DNA of 64,000 nucleotides from Thermodesulfobacteriota bacterium (GCA_025062045.1 JANXAF010000001.1:141256-205255), one strand, 5' to 3'; shown: positions 46,305 through 56,800, numbered from the stretch's first letter. The notes: generated by a model from the sequence alone, not told the origin. Numbers and translations: made by a program.

Positions 46305-47074
46305 CCCTCGATTCCGTAGCCTCTTGGCGTTATCATGTACTTCCCCTTTATAAATGTGGAAGAGTTTCCGACGATAAGTGTAGAGACCATATCAATCGTT
46401 TCTAGACCTGATATTCTATTAAGATTCGTGATTATCACTTCTTGGGATTTTCTTTTTGCATTCTTTACAATTCCGACAGGTGTCGATGGAGGCCTAAATT
46501 TTAAGAGTATCTCTAAGGCTACTTGGAACGGTTTTTCCCTATTTTTAGCTTTAGGGTTGTAAAATACAATTACGAAATCTCCCTCACATGCAGCTTTTAC
46601 CCTCTTTTTTATGATCTCTAAACTAACTAAATGGTCGCTTAAAGATATTACCGCAAAGTCGTTCATAAGAGGTGCTCCGAGAAGGCTTGCGCAGACAGAG
46701 GCAGCTGTTACACCGGGAATTATCTCTATCGCTATCTTTTCCATCGCTTCGTTATTCAAAAGCTCTAAAATCGGTCCCGCCATACCGTAAATTCCAGGAT
46801 CCCCACTAGAGACTACACAAACATCAAATCCTTCCAAAACCTTTTCTATCGCCTTTTTTGCGCGAGTTAGCTCACGGCCCATACCCGTAGAAATGACCTC
46901 TTTTTCTGAGAGTATCTCTTGAGAAAAAATCTCTTTTACGATATCGATGTAACCTTCGTAGCCAACTACGATGTCGCATTCTTCTATTGCCCTTTTTGCC
47001 CCAAAGGTCACATCGTCTTTACTTCCGGGCCCAATGCCAACTATCCTAAGTCTTCCTTTGCTATTGCAACGCAT
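46301..47074 (-). CDS. cbiH: cobalt-precorrin-3 (C17)-methyltransferase
   Basis: LRIVGIGPGS and the class III SAM methyltransferase fold. The start is uncertain: ATG at 47074 is preferred to the TTG at 47137, which would overlap cbiG by 97 nt. Confidence 0.85.
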   Translation of the reverse strand: MRCNSKGRLRIVGIGPGSKDDVTFGAKRAIEECDIVVGYEGYIDIVKEIFSQEILSEKEVISTGMGRELTRAKKAIEKVLEGFDVCVVSSGDPGIYGMAGPILELLNNEAMEKIAIEIIPGVTAASVCASLLGAPLMNDFAVISLSDHLVSLEIIKKRVKAACEGDFVIVFYNPKAKNREKPFQVALEILLKFRPPSTPVGIVKNAKRKSQEVIITNLNRISGLETIDMVSTLIVGNSSTFIKGKYMITPRGYGIEG

Positions 47075-47778
47075 ACCTTTCCGTGCCTCTTTTTTGGAAC
47101 GACTAAGCTTGTGTTCTTCCCCGCAAGAAGGGCACAAGGTTCGCTTACTCCCTCCACCCCTATCTTTTCCTTCACGAAAGGCGATCTTCCGTAGGATCCC
47201 CCAAAATTCTTGACAAGTTCGAAGGGTATGATTCTCAATGGTAAACCGAGACTAACACAGGCCTCCTTCAGAGCCCGATCTTGCCCTTTAAAATCGATGG
47301 TGGAAATAAAAAGGACATCATTTAGAGAGTATCCTTCTTCCATCAAAGTCTCTCTCACCGCATCCTCTATCTCTTTGCCTTTTGTTCCCTTTCTAAAGCC
47401 GACTCCCACAATAAGTGACCTTTTAGAATCCGAACGAGTTGTTACTATCGGCTCGGCTCCCAAGATTGCCGCAACCTGATTTGCTAATCTATTCGCACCA
47501 CCTTCGTGACCGGAAAGGGCGCTTATGGCGAACCTCTTTTTCTCATCCACAACCACAACTGCAGGATCCTCGTACTTGTTTCTTATATACGGCGCAATCA
47601 CCCTCACAACTATACCAAGTGCCATGACAAAGATTAGCTCACTGTAGTGGTAGAAAACCTCACCCACTACCTCCCGTAAACTCTTAGTGTATATGATCTT
47701 ACAGTCCCCAAAGAAATCCGAAAGTTCATTGGCAATCTTTAGGCCCTCCTCACTTATAACTATGATTGCGAGGCTCAC
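47041..47778 (-). CDS. cbiG: cobalt-precorrin-5A hydrolase
   Basis: CbiG N- and C-terminal domains (ALSGHEGGAN, VGVGFRKG, VSEPCALLA). The start is uncertain: GTG at 47778 has AAGGAG 8 nt upstream. The ATGs at 47796 and 47832 lack an SD. Confidence 0.8.
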   Translation of the reverse strand: MSLAIIVISEEGLKIANELSDFFGDCKIIYTKSLREVVGEVFYHYSELIFVMALGIVVRVIAPYIRNKYEDPAVVVVDEKKRFAISALSGHEGGANRLANQVAAILGAEPIVTTRSDSKRSLIVGVGFRKGTKGKEIEDAVRETLMEEGYSLNDVLFISTIDFKGQDRALKEACVSLGLPLRIIPFELVKNFGGSYGRSPFVKEKIGVEGVSEPCALLAGKNTSLVVPKKRHGKVCVAIAKEDLG

Positions 47779-48529
47779 TCTTTTTTCTCCTTCCATGTTC
47801 GAATTGAGGATCGTAGAGTTTCGACCTGCCATAGGTTGGTCTTAGGACATCTCCGACTATTATGAGAGCGTGTTTTGTGATTCCATGAAGTTTCACTTTT
47901 TCGGAGATGTCCTTTAAAGTTCCGGTCAATATTTTTTGATCTGGCCACGTTACCCTTTGAATAACTGCACATGGGGTGCCATCGCTCAATCCGGCTCTTT
48001 TAAGTTTAGATACGACCTTTTCTATTTCGTGGACGCTTAAAAAAAGAACGATTGTGGCCTTGCTTTTAGCTAAAACCTCTAAATCTTGGGACTCTAAAAC
48101 GGAAGTCCTTCCGCCTATCCTTGTAATTATGACTGTCTGGCTTACGTCGGGTAGGGTCAGTTCTCTCTTTAATGCACTGGAGGCGGCTTGAAATGAGCTT
48201 ACTCCCGGAATAAGCTCATAGTCTATCCCTTCTTTTTCACATGCGTTTATCTGTTCCTGCAGCGCACTGTAAATCGAGAGATCGCCGCTATGAAGCCTTA
48301 CGACCTTCTTCCCTTCCCTTATAGATCTTTTTATAACTTCGATTATCTCTTCCAAAGTCATCTTAGACGAGTCAAATATCTCTGCGCCCTCTTTTGCAAA
48401 CGAAAGAATATCAGGATTAACGAGAGATCCGGCATAGATTATGGTATCAGCCTCCTCTAAAACCTTCCTACCTTTTATCGTCAAAAGCTCTGGGTCTCCT
48501 GGTCCTGCACCAACGAAGTAAACTTTCAT
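47750..48529 (-). CDS. cbiF: cobalt-precorrin-4 (C11)-methyltransferase
   Basis: MKVYFVGAGPGDPELLT N-terminus, 259 aa. Confidence 0.9.
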   Translation of the reverse strand: MKVYFVGAGPGDPELLTIKGRKVLEEADTIIYAGSLVNPDILSFAKEGAEIFDSSKMTLEEIIEVIKRSIREGKKVVRLHSGDLSIYSALQEQINACEKEGIDYELIPGVSSFQAASSALKRELTLPDVSQTVIITRIGGRTSVLESQDLEVLAKSKATIVLFLSVHEIEKVVSKLKRAGLSDGTPCAVIQRVTWPDQKILTGTLKDISEKVKLHGITKHALIIVGDVLRPTYGRSKLYDPQFEHGRRKKSEPRNHSYK

Positions 48530-48539
48530 TTTGCCTTTT

Positions 48540-49259
48540 TTAGTCTTTTCTTACGACTATTATTGACATGTATCCTTCCTTTCCTACTTTTTTAAGACCA
48601 GAAAGACCATGAATCACTCTTTCCCCATCTTGACCGACTCTAGTTATGAGGTAAGCCTTATCTAAAAGACCCATCTTTTTTAGCCTTTGAAGCACATTTT
48701 CTAATTTTGAGCCAATCTTCATTATCACCACAGTTTCAAAATTTTTAAGCGCGTACTCGAAAACTTTAGGTTTTGCATTGGAAGGGACTATTGCCATCGA
48801 TTCGTCTCCTTGAAGTAGAGGGATTTCTGCCTTTGCCGATGCCGCATTAATTGCGCTTACCCCTGGGACCGTTTCGATTTCCATTGTCGGATAAAGATTT
48901 CTCAGTGTTTTTAGGAGATAGATGTATGTGCTGTAGATAAGAGGATCACCAAGTGTGATAAAAGCGCAGTTTTTTCCTTTTTCGATTTCTGAAAAGATCC
49001 TTTTTGCCGCTCCTTCCCAGTAGTTTCTGAGAACCTCTTTGTCTTTCGTCATGGGGAATACGAGATCGACGAATTCCTTTGAAGAATCTACAAGTCTTTC
49101 GACAATCGAACGGGCAATAGAGCTACCTTTTTCATCTCCTTTAGGACAGAAGATAACATCAACCTCTTTAAGTATCCTTAGTGCCTTTAGCGTGAGTAAC
49201 TCCCAATCTCCAGGACCTATACCGACACCGAAGAGCTTTCCGAACGATTTTTTCTTCAT
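48540..49259 (-). CDS. cbiL: cobalt-precorrin-2 (C20)-methyltransferase
   Basis: LFGVGIGPGDWELLT. The ATG at 49259 overlaps the cbiE stop (ATGA). Confidence 0.9.
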   Translation of the reverse strand: MKKKSFGKLFGVGIGPGDWELLTLKALRILKEVDVIFCPKGDEKGSSIARSIVERLVDSSKEFVDLVFPMTKDKEVLRNYWEGAAKRIFSEIEKGKNCAFITLGDPLIYSTYIYLLKTLRNLYPTMEIETVPGVSAINAASAKAEIPLLQGDESMAIVPSNAKPKVFEYALKNFETVVIMKIGSKLENVLQRLKKMGLLDKAYLITRVGQDGERVIHGLSGLKKVGKEGYMSIIVVRKD

Positions 49260-49891
49260 GAAGCTTCCCCTTTGATTATCATCACACATAAGCCGAAGCC
49301 TCTCTGTTTGGCAATATTTTTCAGATCTGAATCTATTATCTTCTCGTTCGAATACGTGAGATTCTCCATTACTATGGCCCTTCTATTTTCGACCCCATTA
49401 TTTAGCAAAAATTCGGCTATTTTATCCGGTGGAAATTCGGGCCCTGTGTAGAGGAAGATGTTTTCGCTCGATTTGACCTTTTCTACAAGGTCGAAAGGTT
49501 CTCTTCCGTGCAGACTTATGATCTTTGCGTCATGCCAACTCTCACCGAGCCTTGCATACGCAACTTGGACAACACTTATGCCAGGAATTACATCTAACGC
49601 CCCTTTATCCATCTCCTTAGAAAAAACTTGAAGTAGGCTATATAGTCCTGGGTCTCCGGTGACTAAGACAGCAACCTTTTTTTCCTTGCTTTTATCTTTA
49701 GCGATCTTTACAAAATCCTGAAGGCTGCCTTTTAGCGGAATCTTCTCTTTTTCCAATTCGGCAAACAAAGCCAAAGCTCTCTCACTTCCCATAAGCACAT
49801 CAGATTCTTCAATTTTGCGCCTTGCAATTGGGGTCACATAATCTATAGAACCTGGTCCAATACCTACGATCGTTATATTCTTTAGGGTCAT
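49256..49891 (-). CDS. cbiE: cobalt-precorrin-7 (C5)-methyltransferase
   Basis: ITIVGIGPGS, 211 aa. No fused or adjacent CbiT domain. Confidence 0.8.
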   Translation of the reverse strand: MTLKNITIVGIGPGSIDYVTPIARRKIEESDVLMGSERALALFAELEKEKIPLKGSLQDFVKIAKDKSKEKKVAVLVTGDPGLYSLLQVFSKEMDKGALDVIPGISVVQVAYARLGESWHDAKIISLHGREPFDLVEKVKSSENIFLYTGPEFPPDKIAEFLLNNGVENRRAIVMENLTYSNEKIIDSDLKNIAKQRGFGLCVMIIKGEAS

Positions 49892-50961
49892 AAACCCCCT
49901 TTTGGATATAACCCTAGAAGCCTTCCTTCAAGGGAGAGGACGAAACACCTTATATCGAGAGTAGAATCGGTAATAGAAGACAAAGCCTTAACGACATCTT
50001 TAGCTATCATGTCGAACAGGTCCGAAAGACCCGCTTTTTCGATTATTTCGACGGTTGCCTGAGCCGATCGTTCATTTAGGATTCTTTCAACTGTCTCTTT
50101 TTTTGCTCCTTGACTTTCCGCGTACGTGGCTATTGTCTCTATGCGAAGGTCTCCAAAACTTTTATGGGTGTTTAGCTGGCCTTTTGCGATTTTAACAAGT
50201 TTACCCAAGTATCCGGCAAGAATGACTTCTTTAAACCCTTTTTCTTTGCATGCTCCAACCATAAAACCCACATGATCTCCCACTCTCACTATCATCTCTT
50301 CCGAAAGACCTAATACCTCTCTACAGTATCTTTCTCCCAAGTATCCTAAAACGAGGGCCACCTTTTTATGCCCCGAAGCTTTAACCATATCAAGCTGAAG
50401 CACAAGTGACGTTTTATAAGCATCAACCGATCTAGGCTCCACAAAACCGGTCGTTCCTAGTATGGAGATTCCTCCCACAATCCCAAGTTTTGGGTTGAAT
50501 GTCCGTTTTGCAATCTCCTCCCCTAAAGGGACAGAGATTATGACTTCTAAACCTTTCACCATTATAAGAAACTGTGAAAGCTCTTTAATTATCATCATTC
50601 TGGGTACTGGATTTATGGCGTACTCACCCTTTGGGATAGGAAGACCCGCCTTTGTTACAATCCCAATACCTTCTCCGCCTTTAATCGTTATGCCCGGTTT
50701 TTCTGACACACGAACGGTTGAGTAGACTTTTATCTTATCTGTCACATCTGGCTCATCTCCTGCGTCTTTTATAACGGCACACCTTGCAAAATCCTCGTCC
50801 ACCTTTTGATCGACTATGGGTAGACGGAGTGGAACACCTATGGGTGTTACGATAGAAACCTCATCTATAACTTTTTTTTCAAAAAGCATTATAGCGGAAG
50901 CCTTCGATGCGGCTTGCGCGCATGTACCTGTCGTATAGCCTTTTCTCAGTTCATGAGTCAT
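49888..50961 (-). CDS. cbiD: cobalt-precorrin-5B (C1)-methyltransferase
   Basis: LRKGYTTGTCAQAASKA N-terminus typical of CbiD, 357 aa. Confidence 0.9.
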   Translation of the reverse strand: MTHELRKGYTTGTCAQAASKASAIMLFEKKVIDEVSIVTPIGVPLRLPIVDQKVDEDFARCAVIKDAGDEPDVTDKIKVYSTVRVSEKPGITIKGGEGIGIVTKAGLPIPKGEYAINPVPRMMIIKELSQFLIMVKGLEVIISVPLGEEIAKRTFNPKLGIVGGISILGTTGFVEPRSVDAYKTSLVLQLDMVKASGHKKVALVLGYLGERYCREVLGLSEEMIVRVGDHVGFMVGACKEKGFKEVILAGYLGKLVKIAKGQLNTHKSFGDLRIETIATYAESQGAKKETVERILNERSAQATVEIIEKAGLSDLFDMIAKDVVKALSSITDSTLDIRCFVLSLEGRLLGLYPKGGL

Positions 50962-50994
50962 CGTTTAGATCGTCACATAAAAAGTTTTCGTTTT

Positions 50995-52239
50995 TTACGA
51001 CTCCTTTTTGGTTTTCCTAATCATAGAGTAGTAAGCCTTAACCTCTTCCGGTGACATAGGTACGAACTCCTCTTGGCCTGCGGGAATCGGGAAGGATTCT
51101 CTTTTCGGAACAACTGTTCCCCTTATGTCTTTTAGGTTTAAGGACTCTTTTATCCTCTTTTGCACAAGATCGACTAAAACCTCGTCGAATCCCAATCCCT
51201 TACCAAGGATGAGTTTTACGTCCGGGTATTTCTCAGCCTCTTTTAACATCATCTCCGGCACATCCACCACAAGGTGGAGTCCCTCGTGGAGAAAATAAGG
51301 AATGACTACAATCGTCTTTAAGCCTTCCTTTACCAATTTTTCAAATACTTCTGGAAAGTGTGGTCCGAGCCTAGACACGTAGCAGACACTAACATTTTCG
51401 TAGCCGTATTTTCGCTTTAGCTCATCTGCTACCCTTTCCATATACCTTCCAGCGTTCGGTACCCTGCTTCCATGGCCCATAAGAATGATTCCAACCGAAG
51501 AAATACCTTCTATTTTTTCCAAAGGCTGTCTTTCCTCGGACTTAGACGTATTAGCATCAGAATCTCTCGTACAGAGTCCATGAAGGGCACTTATTGCAAG
51601 GGTACTTCCGCCCCTTTTTCCCGCAACCATTATGTGTGGGATACCCAGAGATAAAAACTCTTCCTTGCTTTCATTTACATGAACGAAACCAACAGGCATG
51701 GCAATCACAAAAGATGGTCTTTTTTTCTCCTCCATGATTAGACGGTTGAGTTCTAAAAGGGCAAGAGGTGAATTTCCAATAATCACTATTCCTCCGTCGA
51801 TGATTGGCCTTGCCTTCCTTATGGCAATGACGGATCGGGGAATAGAGCTTCTCAAAGACTCAAAATGTACGTCCTCATCGTCTATGTGACAGAAGATAAG
51901 CTCTTCTGTATATGCCAAATTCATAGCCTTGAGCCTTCCTATAGAGATACCGTGGCGTATCATTTTCGAATCAACGTATATTGGAACACCTTTTCTTAGC
52001 GCCTCTTTTGCTATTTTTATTGCATCGTTCGAAAATCTCACATAATCCATTATGCTCATGTCTCCCGTTGCGTGTATCATTCTACGTACGATTTGCCATT
52101 CATCGGAACTAAAGGTGTGAGGCGGAGCCTCTTTTTCGATTCTCATAAAAGAAAGGTTCTCTATCTCTTCTCCGGTTAGGGGTCCATGAAGTATATCAAG
52201 AATCATTGGTCTTTTTTTTGATGTATCACAAACGCTCAT
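50995..52239 (-). CDS. fusion protein: precorrin-8X methylmutase (CbiC) plus small sirohydrochlorin cobaltochelatase (CbiX-S)
   Basis: The N-terminal ~225 aa carry CbiC motifs (IHATGD, IIGNSPLAL, MPVGFV, KRGGS). The C-terminal ~150 aa are CbiX-like (ILMGHGSR...VVIPYFLHEGLH). Confidence 0.85.
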   Translation of the reverse strand: MSVCDTSKKRPMILDILHGPLTGEEIENLSFMRIEKEAPPHTFSSDEWQIVRRMIHATGDMSIMDYVRFSNDAIKIAKEALRKGVPIYVDSKMIRHGISIGRLKAMNLAYTEELIFCHIDDEDVHFESLRSSIPRSVIAIRKARPIIDGGIVIIGNSPLALLELNRLIMEEKKRPSFVIAMPVGFVHVNESKEEFLSLGIPHIMVAGKRGGSTLAISALHGLCTRDSDANTSKSEERQPLEKIEGISSVGIILMGHGSRVPNAGRYMERVADELKRKYGYENVSVCYVSRLGPHFPEVFEKLVKEGLKTIVVIPYFLHEGLHLVVDVPEMMLKEAEKYPDVKLILGKGLGFDEVLVDLVQKRIKESLNLKDIRGTVVPKRESFPIPAGQEEFVPMSPEEVKAYYSMIRKTKKES

Positions 52240-52274
52240 CTATTCTCTCCTTCGAATCTTTCGACTCAAAAATG

Positions 52275-52904
52275 TCAGAGGGTACTTCCACACCTAGGAT
52301 TACTCCGCTGCCACTCTAAAATTCGAGGATCGACTTTTTTTAGATAGACGACAGCAAAACCCGAGATAATTCCTTCAATGGCCGAAATTGGAAGATGCAT
52401 CATAAAAATAACAGAAATTAAAGGATAGAAGTTTCTGTCACTTAGGATTAGGGCAAAACTTACAATCGCGGCACAAAGTAGCGGACCCAGAAAACCAAAA
52501 AGGAACCCTCCAAGAAAAGGAGTTGTCCTACTGGAATTTATAAACCTTCTTAAAGTATAGTGGAGTAATACCGCGGGAAGCGCGCTTGCACAAGTATTTA
52601 CACCTATTGCAGTCACCCCTCCAAACTGTAAAACTACGCTTTGGACTACTAAAGCTACAAATATTGAGGGAAACGAAGTCCAGCCGAGAATAAGACCTAT
52701 AAGTCCGTTCATTCCCGGATGAACGCATGAAGGCCCAACCGGAACATGGATGAGCGAAACTGTAAAGAAAACTGAAGACAGAACTGCTACCTTTGGAATG
52801 TCTTCTGTTTTTACCCTTTTAAGACCGAAAAAGATGCCTGCAAGACTCCCAATGGCTCCTCCTGCAAGAATAGGTACTGAAAGGACCCCATCTTGAATAT
52901 GCAT
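52275..52904 (-). CDS. cbiM: ECF-type cobalt transporter substrate component CbiM
   Basis: N-terminal MHIQDG metal-binding motif and about 6 TM helices. No cbiN, cbiQ or cbiO follows. Confidence 0.85.
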   Translation of the reverse strand: MHIQDGVLSVPILAGGAIGSLAGIFFGLKRVKTEDIPKVAVLSSVFFTVSLIHVPVGPSCVHPGMNGLIGLILGWTSFPSIFVALVVQSVVLQFGGVTAIGVNTCASALPAVLLHYTLRRFINSSRTTPFLGGFLFGFLGPLLCAAIVSFALILSDRNFYPLISVIFMMHLPISAIEGIISGFAVVYLKKVDPRILEWQRSNPRCGSTL

Positions 52905-52994
52905 TTAGATTATTCTCTTCTGTGAATTTCTTCTAAAAATTCGTTCAGGTCTTTTCTCTTTATGGGATGCTTCTCAATGGGCATTTAACGATGA

Positions 52995-53024
52995 ATGATA
53001 TGAAATTTCCAGAGTTTAAGTCAA
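52995..53024 (-). promoter_or_regulatory. sigma-70-type promoter of the cbi operon
   Basis: Minus strand reads TTGACT (53024..53019), 18 nt spacer, TATCAT (53000..52995). This leaves a leader of about 85 nt to the cbiM ATG. Confidence 0.4.
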
Positions 53025-53107
53025 GTCTAGAAAAAATCTGAAAAAATGGTGGAGAAACTCTTTTGACTCTAATAGAGACGATAAAGTACACGGAGATCCT
53101 TGATAAA

Positions 53108-53179
53108 AGCCGATGGTGGGATTTGAACCCACGACCTGCTCATTACGAGTGAGCTGCTCTTCCACTGAGCCACATCGGC
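53108..53179 (-). tRNA. tRNA-Thr (anticodon CGU)
   Basis: Hand-folded cloverleaf. Acceptor GCCGATG/CATCGGC, D-arm GCTC/GAGC, anticodon stem GCTCA/TGAGC with loop CT-CGT-AA, T-arm GTGGG-TTCAAAT-CCCAC. CCA is not encoded. Confidence 0.9.
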
Positions 53180-53263
53180 CTTTAAGGAATCTTTGTATCA
53201 CAAAAGTCTCATTCGGTCAATGGGTTTGACAAACTCGTGCACATTATGTAAAGTAACGATCCT

Positions 53264-53863
53264 ATGTTGGGGGTTAGAGTTACTGTCTCCTTTCTACTCT
53301 TTTTTAGTTTTCTTTTTGGATCTTCGGTAATCCTTAAGAAAAACAATGCCTTAAGGGAGGTCAAAGAGGAAAAAAACAGAGAGGAGTACGTGGTTTCTAC
53401 GACAGTGGATTTTCTAACAAAAGATGGGGTCGACGTGGATAGGAAAACATTAGAAGGAGTTGTGAGGTCGATTTATAGAGTTGCGAAAACAAAAGGTGTA
53501 GACTACAGGATAGTTCTTGCTCTAGCCAAAGTAGAAAGTAACTTTAGAAACGATGCTGTCTCTCCGAAAGGAGCAAGAGGGATCTTACAGATAAAACCGT
53601 CTGTTGCGCAGGCTGTCGCAAAGGATTTGGGCATAAAGTTAGAAGGAAAAAAAAGCTTACATGAATCCGAAAAGAACATAGTTATTGGTACGCATCTTTT
53701 GTCTAGCCTAATAGACAAATATTTCGACATCCACGGAGCTCTAAGCGCGTATAATATGGGACAGACGAGGCTTGCCGAAAAAGGCAAAAATTACGAAACC
53801 AAGTTTTCAAAACTGGTTCTGAAGGAGTATAAAAGGTACATCGAGATTCTTCCTGACCCATAA
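53264..53863 (+). CDS. lytic transglycosylase (SLT domain)
   Basis: N-terminal hydrophobic anchor. Catalytic motif LALAKVESNFRNDAVSPKGARGILQI and AYNMG. Confidence 0.85.
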   Translation: MLGVRVTVSFLLFFSFLFGSSVILKKNNALREVKEEKNREEYVVSTTVDFLTKDGVDVDRKTLEGVVRSIYRVAKTKGVDYRIVLALAKVESNFRNDAVSPKGARGILQIKPSVAQAVAKDLGIKLEGKKSLHESEKNIVIGTHLLSSLIDKYFDIHGALSAYNMGQTRLAEKGKNYETKFSKLVLKEYKRYIEILPDP

Positions 53864-53869
53864 GACAAA

Positions 53870-56800
53870 ATGTTCGACTTTGGCCCGGGCCGAAAATTCA
53901 CTTTACGTGGGGTTTGCGGCTCTTTTCCTTCCTTTTTAGTTTCGCGTTCAGGAAAGAAGACTCTCTTTTTGTATGAAAACGAAGAGGAGGCTCTTTTAGT
54001 AAAAGAAGAAATCGAGTTTTTCTCTGGAAGAGAGGTCCATTTTTTTCCCATAAAAAAAAACAGGATCTTCGAAAAGGATGACGAACTCAAAAGAATTGGC
54101 TTTTTCTTCAAATTCTACAGGGATTTCACATCGATTGGTCTTTTCCCTGAGGAGGAAGTAACACAAGCCGTAATCCTTCCAGAAGAGATAGGATCGCTTC
54201 TTTTTGAAGTAAAAGTGGGAGATTCTGTTTATCAGGAAGATCTCCTAAATTTTCTCATTGAAGGGGGCTACAGTCAAACTTCCCTTGTTAGGGAAAGGGG
54301 TGAATTTTCAAAAAGGGGTGGGATACTTGACATTTTCTCCCCCAATTACGATGAACCCGTAAGGATCGAATTTATGGGGGATGACGTAATCTCCATAAGG
54401 TTTTTTGACCCCCATTCACAGAGGTCAAAAAAACACATAGATAAAGCTGAGCTCTTGGATCTTCGGTATGAAGTAAAAAAAGTCGGCTCCATACTCTCCT
54501 ATCTCGATGCAGGATCCTTAATAGTTCATAACGGGCTCCACGAAAAGCTAAAGATACGGGGAGATTTGTCCCTTTTCAAAAAGTGGAATGAAACTGTTAA
54601 CCATTGTTTAAGTCTTGATCTTTCCGGCCTCACAGAGGAATATTCCGAAGTAATTCGTGCCACTTCCAATGAGGATATAAAAGCCGTCTTTAACGCAAAG
54701 AAGAATGAAGTTTTCAAAATCCTTGTGGAAATGATGAAAAATGAATGGCGAAATGTTCCCTGTGTATACATAGTTGCGAATTCTGAACATCAAGCTCATA
54801 GATTGAGAGAGATTCTCATAAACTACGGGATCTTCCTTCCTTGTGTGGAAAAACCCTCCTTCGATCCCCAACTAAGGGAGTGGGCGATCACCTACGGTAC
54901 CTTAAGGAGGGGTTTTAGAACTGATAGTATAGTCGTAATTGCAGAAGACGAGCTACTCGGTCCGAAAAGAAGGACTGTAAAAGTAAAATCTCAGGCTCTC
55001 GACGAATTTGTAGAATCATTCAAAGAGTTGTCCTACGGTGACTACGTGGTTCACATTGACTACGGAATAGGGATATTTAGGGGAACAAAAGAGCTTAAAA
55101 TAGACGGATGCGTTAAGGATTTTTTAGTCATTGAGTATGAGGGTGGAGACAAGCTTTATGTTCCAACCCATGATTTACATCTCGTGCAGAAGTACATAGC
55201 TACTGAGAAGGCAAAACCAAAGATAGATAGACTCGGGTCGACAAGATGGGCATATACTAAGGCAAAAGTTAGAAAGAAAATAGAAGACATGGCGCAAGAA
55301 CTGATTGAAATCTACGCCGAAAGACGGTGTAGAGAAGGTTTTGCATTTTCCGAAGAAGACGAGATTTATAAAGAGATGGAGTCTAAATTTCAGTATGAGG
55401 AGACGGAGGGGCAAAAAAGGGCAATAGAAGAAGTTCTTTCGGATATGAAGTCACCAAGGCCAATGGATAGACTTCTTTGTGGCGATGCTGGTTTTGGGAA
55501 AACGGAAGTTGCTTTAAGAGCCGCTTTTAAAGCTGTAATGGACAATAAACAGGTTGCCGTGCTTGTTCCAACAACGGTTCTTGCCGAGCAGCATTACAAG
55601 ACCTTCACCGAAAGGTTAAAAGAGTATCCGGTAAACATAGAGGTACTTAGCCGTTTCAAATCGCAAGAAGAACAGAAAGAGATTATCGAGCGACTCAAAA
55701 AAGGGACAATCGACATAGTCATAGGGACCCATAGGATCCTCCAAAAAGATGTGGAATTTAGAGATCTCGGGCTACTGATTATAGATGAAGAGCACAAATT
55801 CGGTGTGAAGCACAAAGAAAAGTTAAGGTCCATAAAAAAGACCGTAGATGTTTTGACTCTCAGTGCAACACCCATCCCTCGAACACTTTACATGGCCCTC
55901 ATGGGCATTAAAGACTTAAGTATCATCGATACTCCGCCTCTCGACAGACTCGCCATAAAAACATACGTCACAAAGTTTGACGACGAGATCATAAAAAGAG
56001 GTGTACTAAGAGAACTCGAGAGAAATGGTCAGGTCTTCTTTGTCCATAACTACATCTACAACATTGACAAGGTAAAAGATCATTTGCAAAAGCTCCTTCC
56101 AGAGGTGAGGATCGCTATTGCTCACGGAAAAATGAAAGAGTCCCATCTTGAAAAGGTGATGCTCGACTTTATCGATAGAAAGTACGATCTTCTTCTGTCA
56201 ACGAACATAGTTGAATCCGGCCTCGACATTACCAATGCAAATACAATTTTCATAAATAACGCCCATAGGATGGGGCTCTCAGAACTTTATCAGCTTAGGG
56301 GAAGGGTTGGAAGGGGGCCGAGACAAGCCTATGCCTACCTTCTAATTCCCTCAGGGGAGATACTCACAAAAGACGCGATGCTTAGGTTGAAAATAATAGA
56401 GGAGATGTCCCATGTGGGATCAGGCTTCCAAATAGCTAATTACGATCTCGAAATAAGGGGATGTGGGAACCTTTTGGGTAAGGAGCAGTCAGGTAATGTG
56501 AATTCTATTGGATTTGAGCTATTCGTTTCAATGCTCGAAGAGGCGATAAAGCGGCTAAGCAAAAAAGAGGTCGCGGAAGAAGATATAATACCAGAGATCT
56601 CCCTACCTATTGAGGCTTATATCCCTGACTCGTACGTTGAGGATCCCTCTCAGAAGTTGCTCCTCTACAAAAGACTCGCAAGGATAAAAACCGAAACCGA
56701 ATTACAAGATATAGAAAGCGAAATAGTGGACAGGTACGGAAAGATGCCTGAGCCCGTAAAAAACCTACTAAAAATCATCGAATTTAGGCTTTTTCTTTCA

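Noticed and set aside
47075-47137. Cys-containing N-terminal extension of CbiH (MCPSCGEEHK...), which could be read as a zinc-ribbon.
   Set aside because: - It starts at a TTG and would overlap cbiG by 97 nt.
- It has only one CxxC pair.
- The conserved CbiH N-terminus (RIVGIGPG) begins right after the ATG at 47074.
53016-53201. 61-aa ORF on the minus strand.
   Set aside because: It overlaps and reads straight through the tRNA-Thr gene (53108..53179), so it is an artefact of that sequence.
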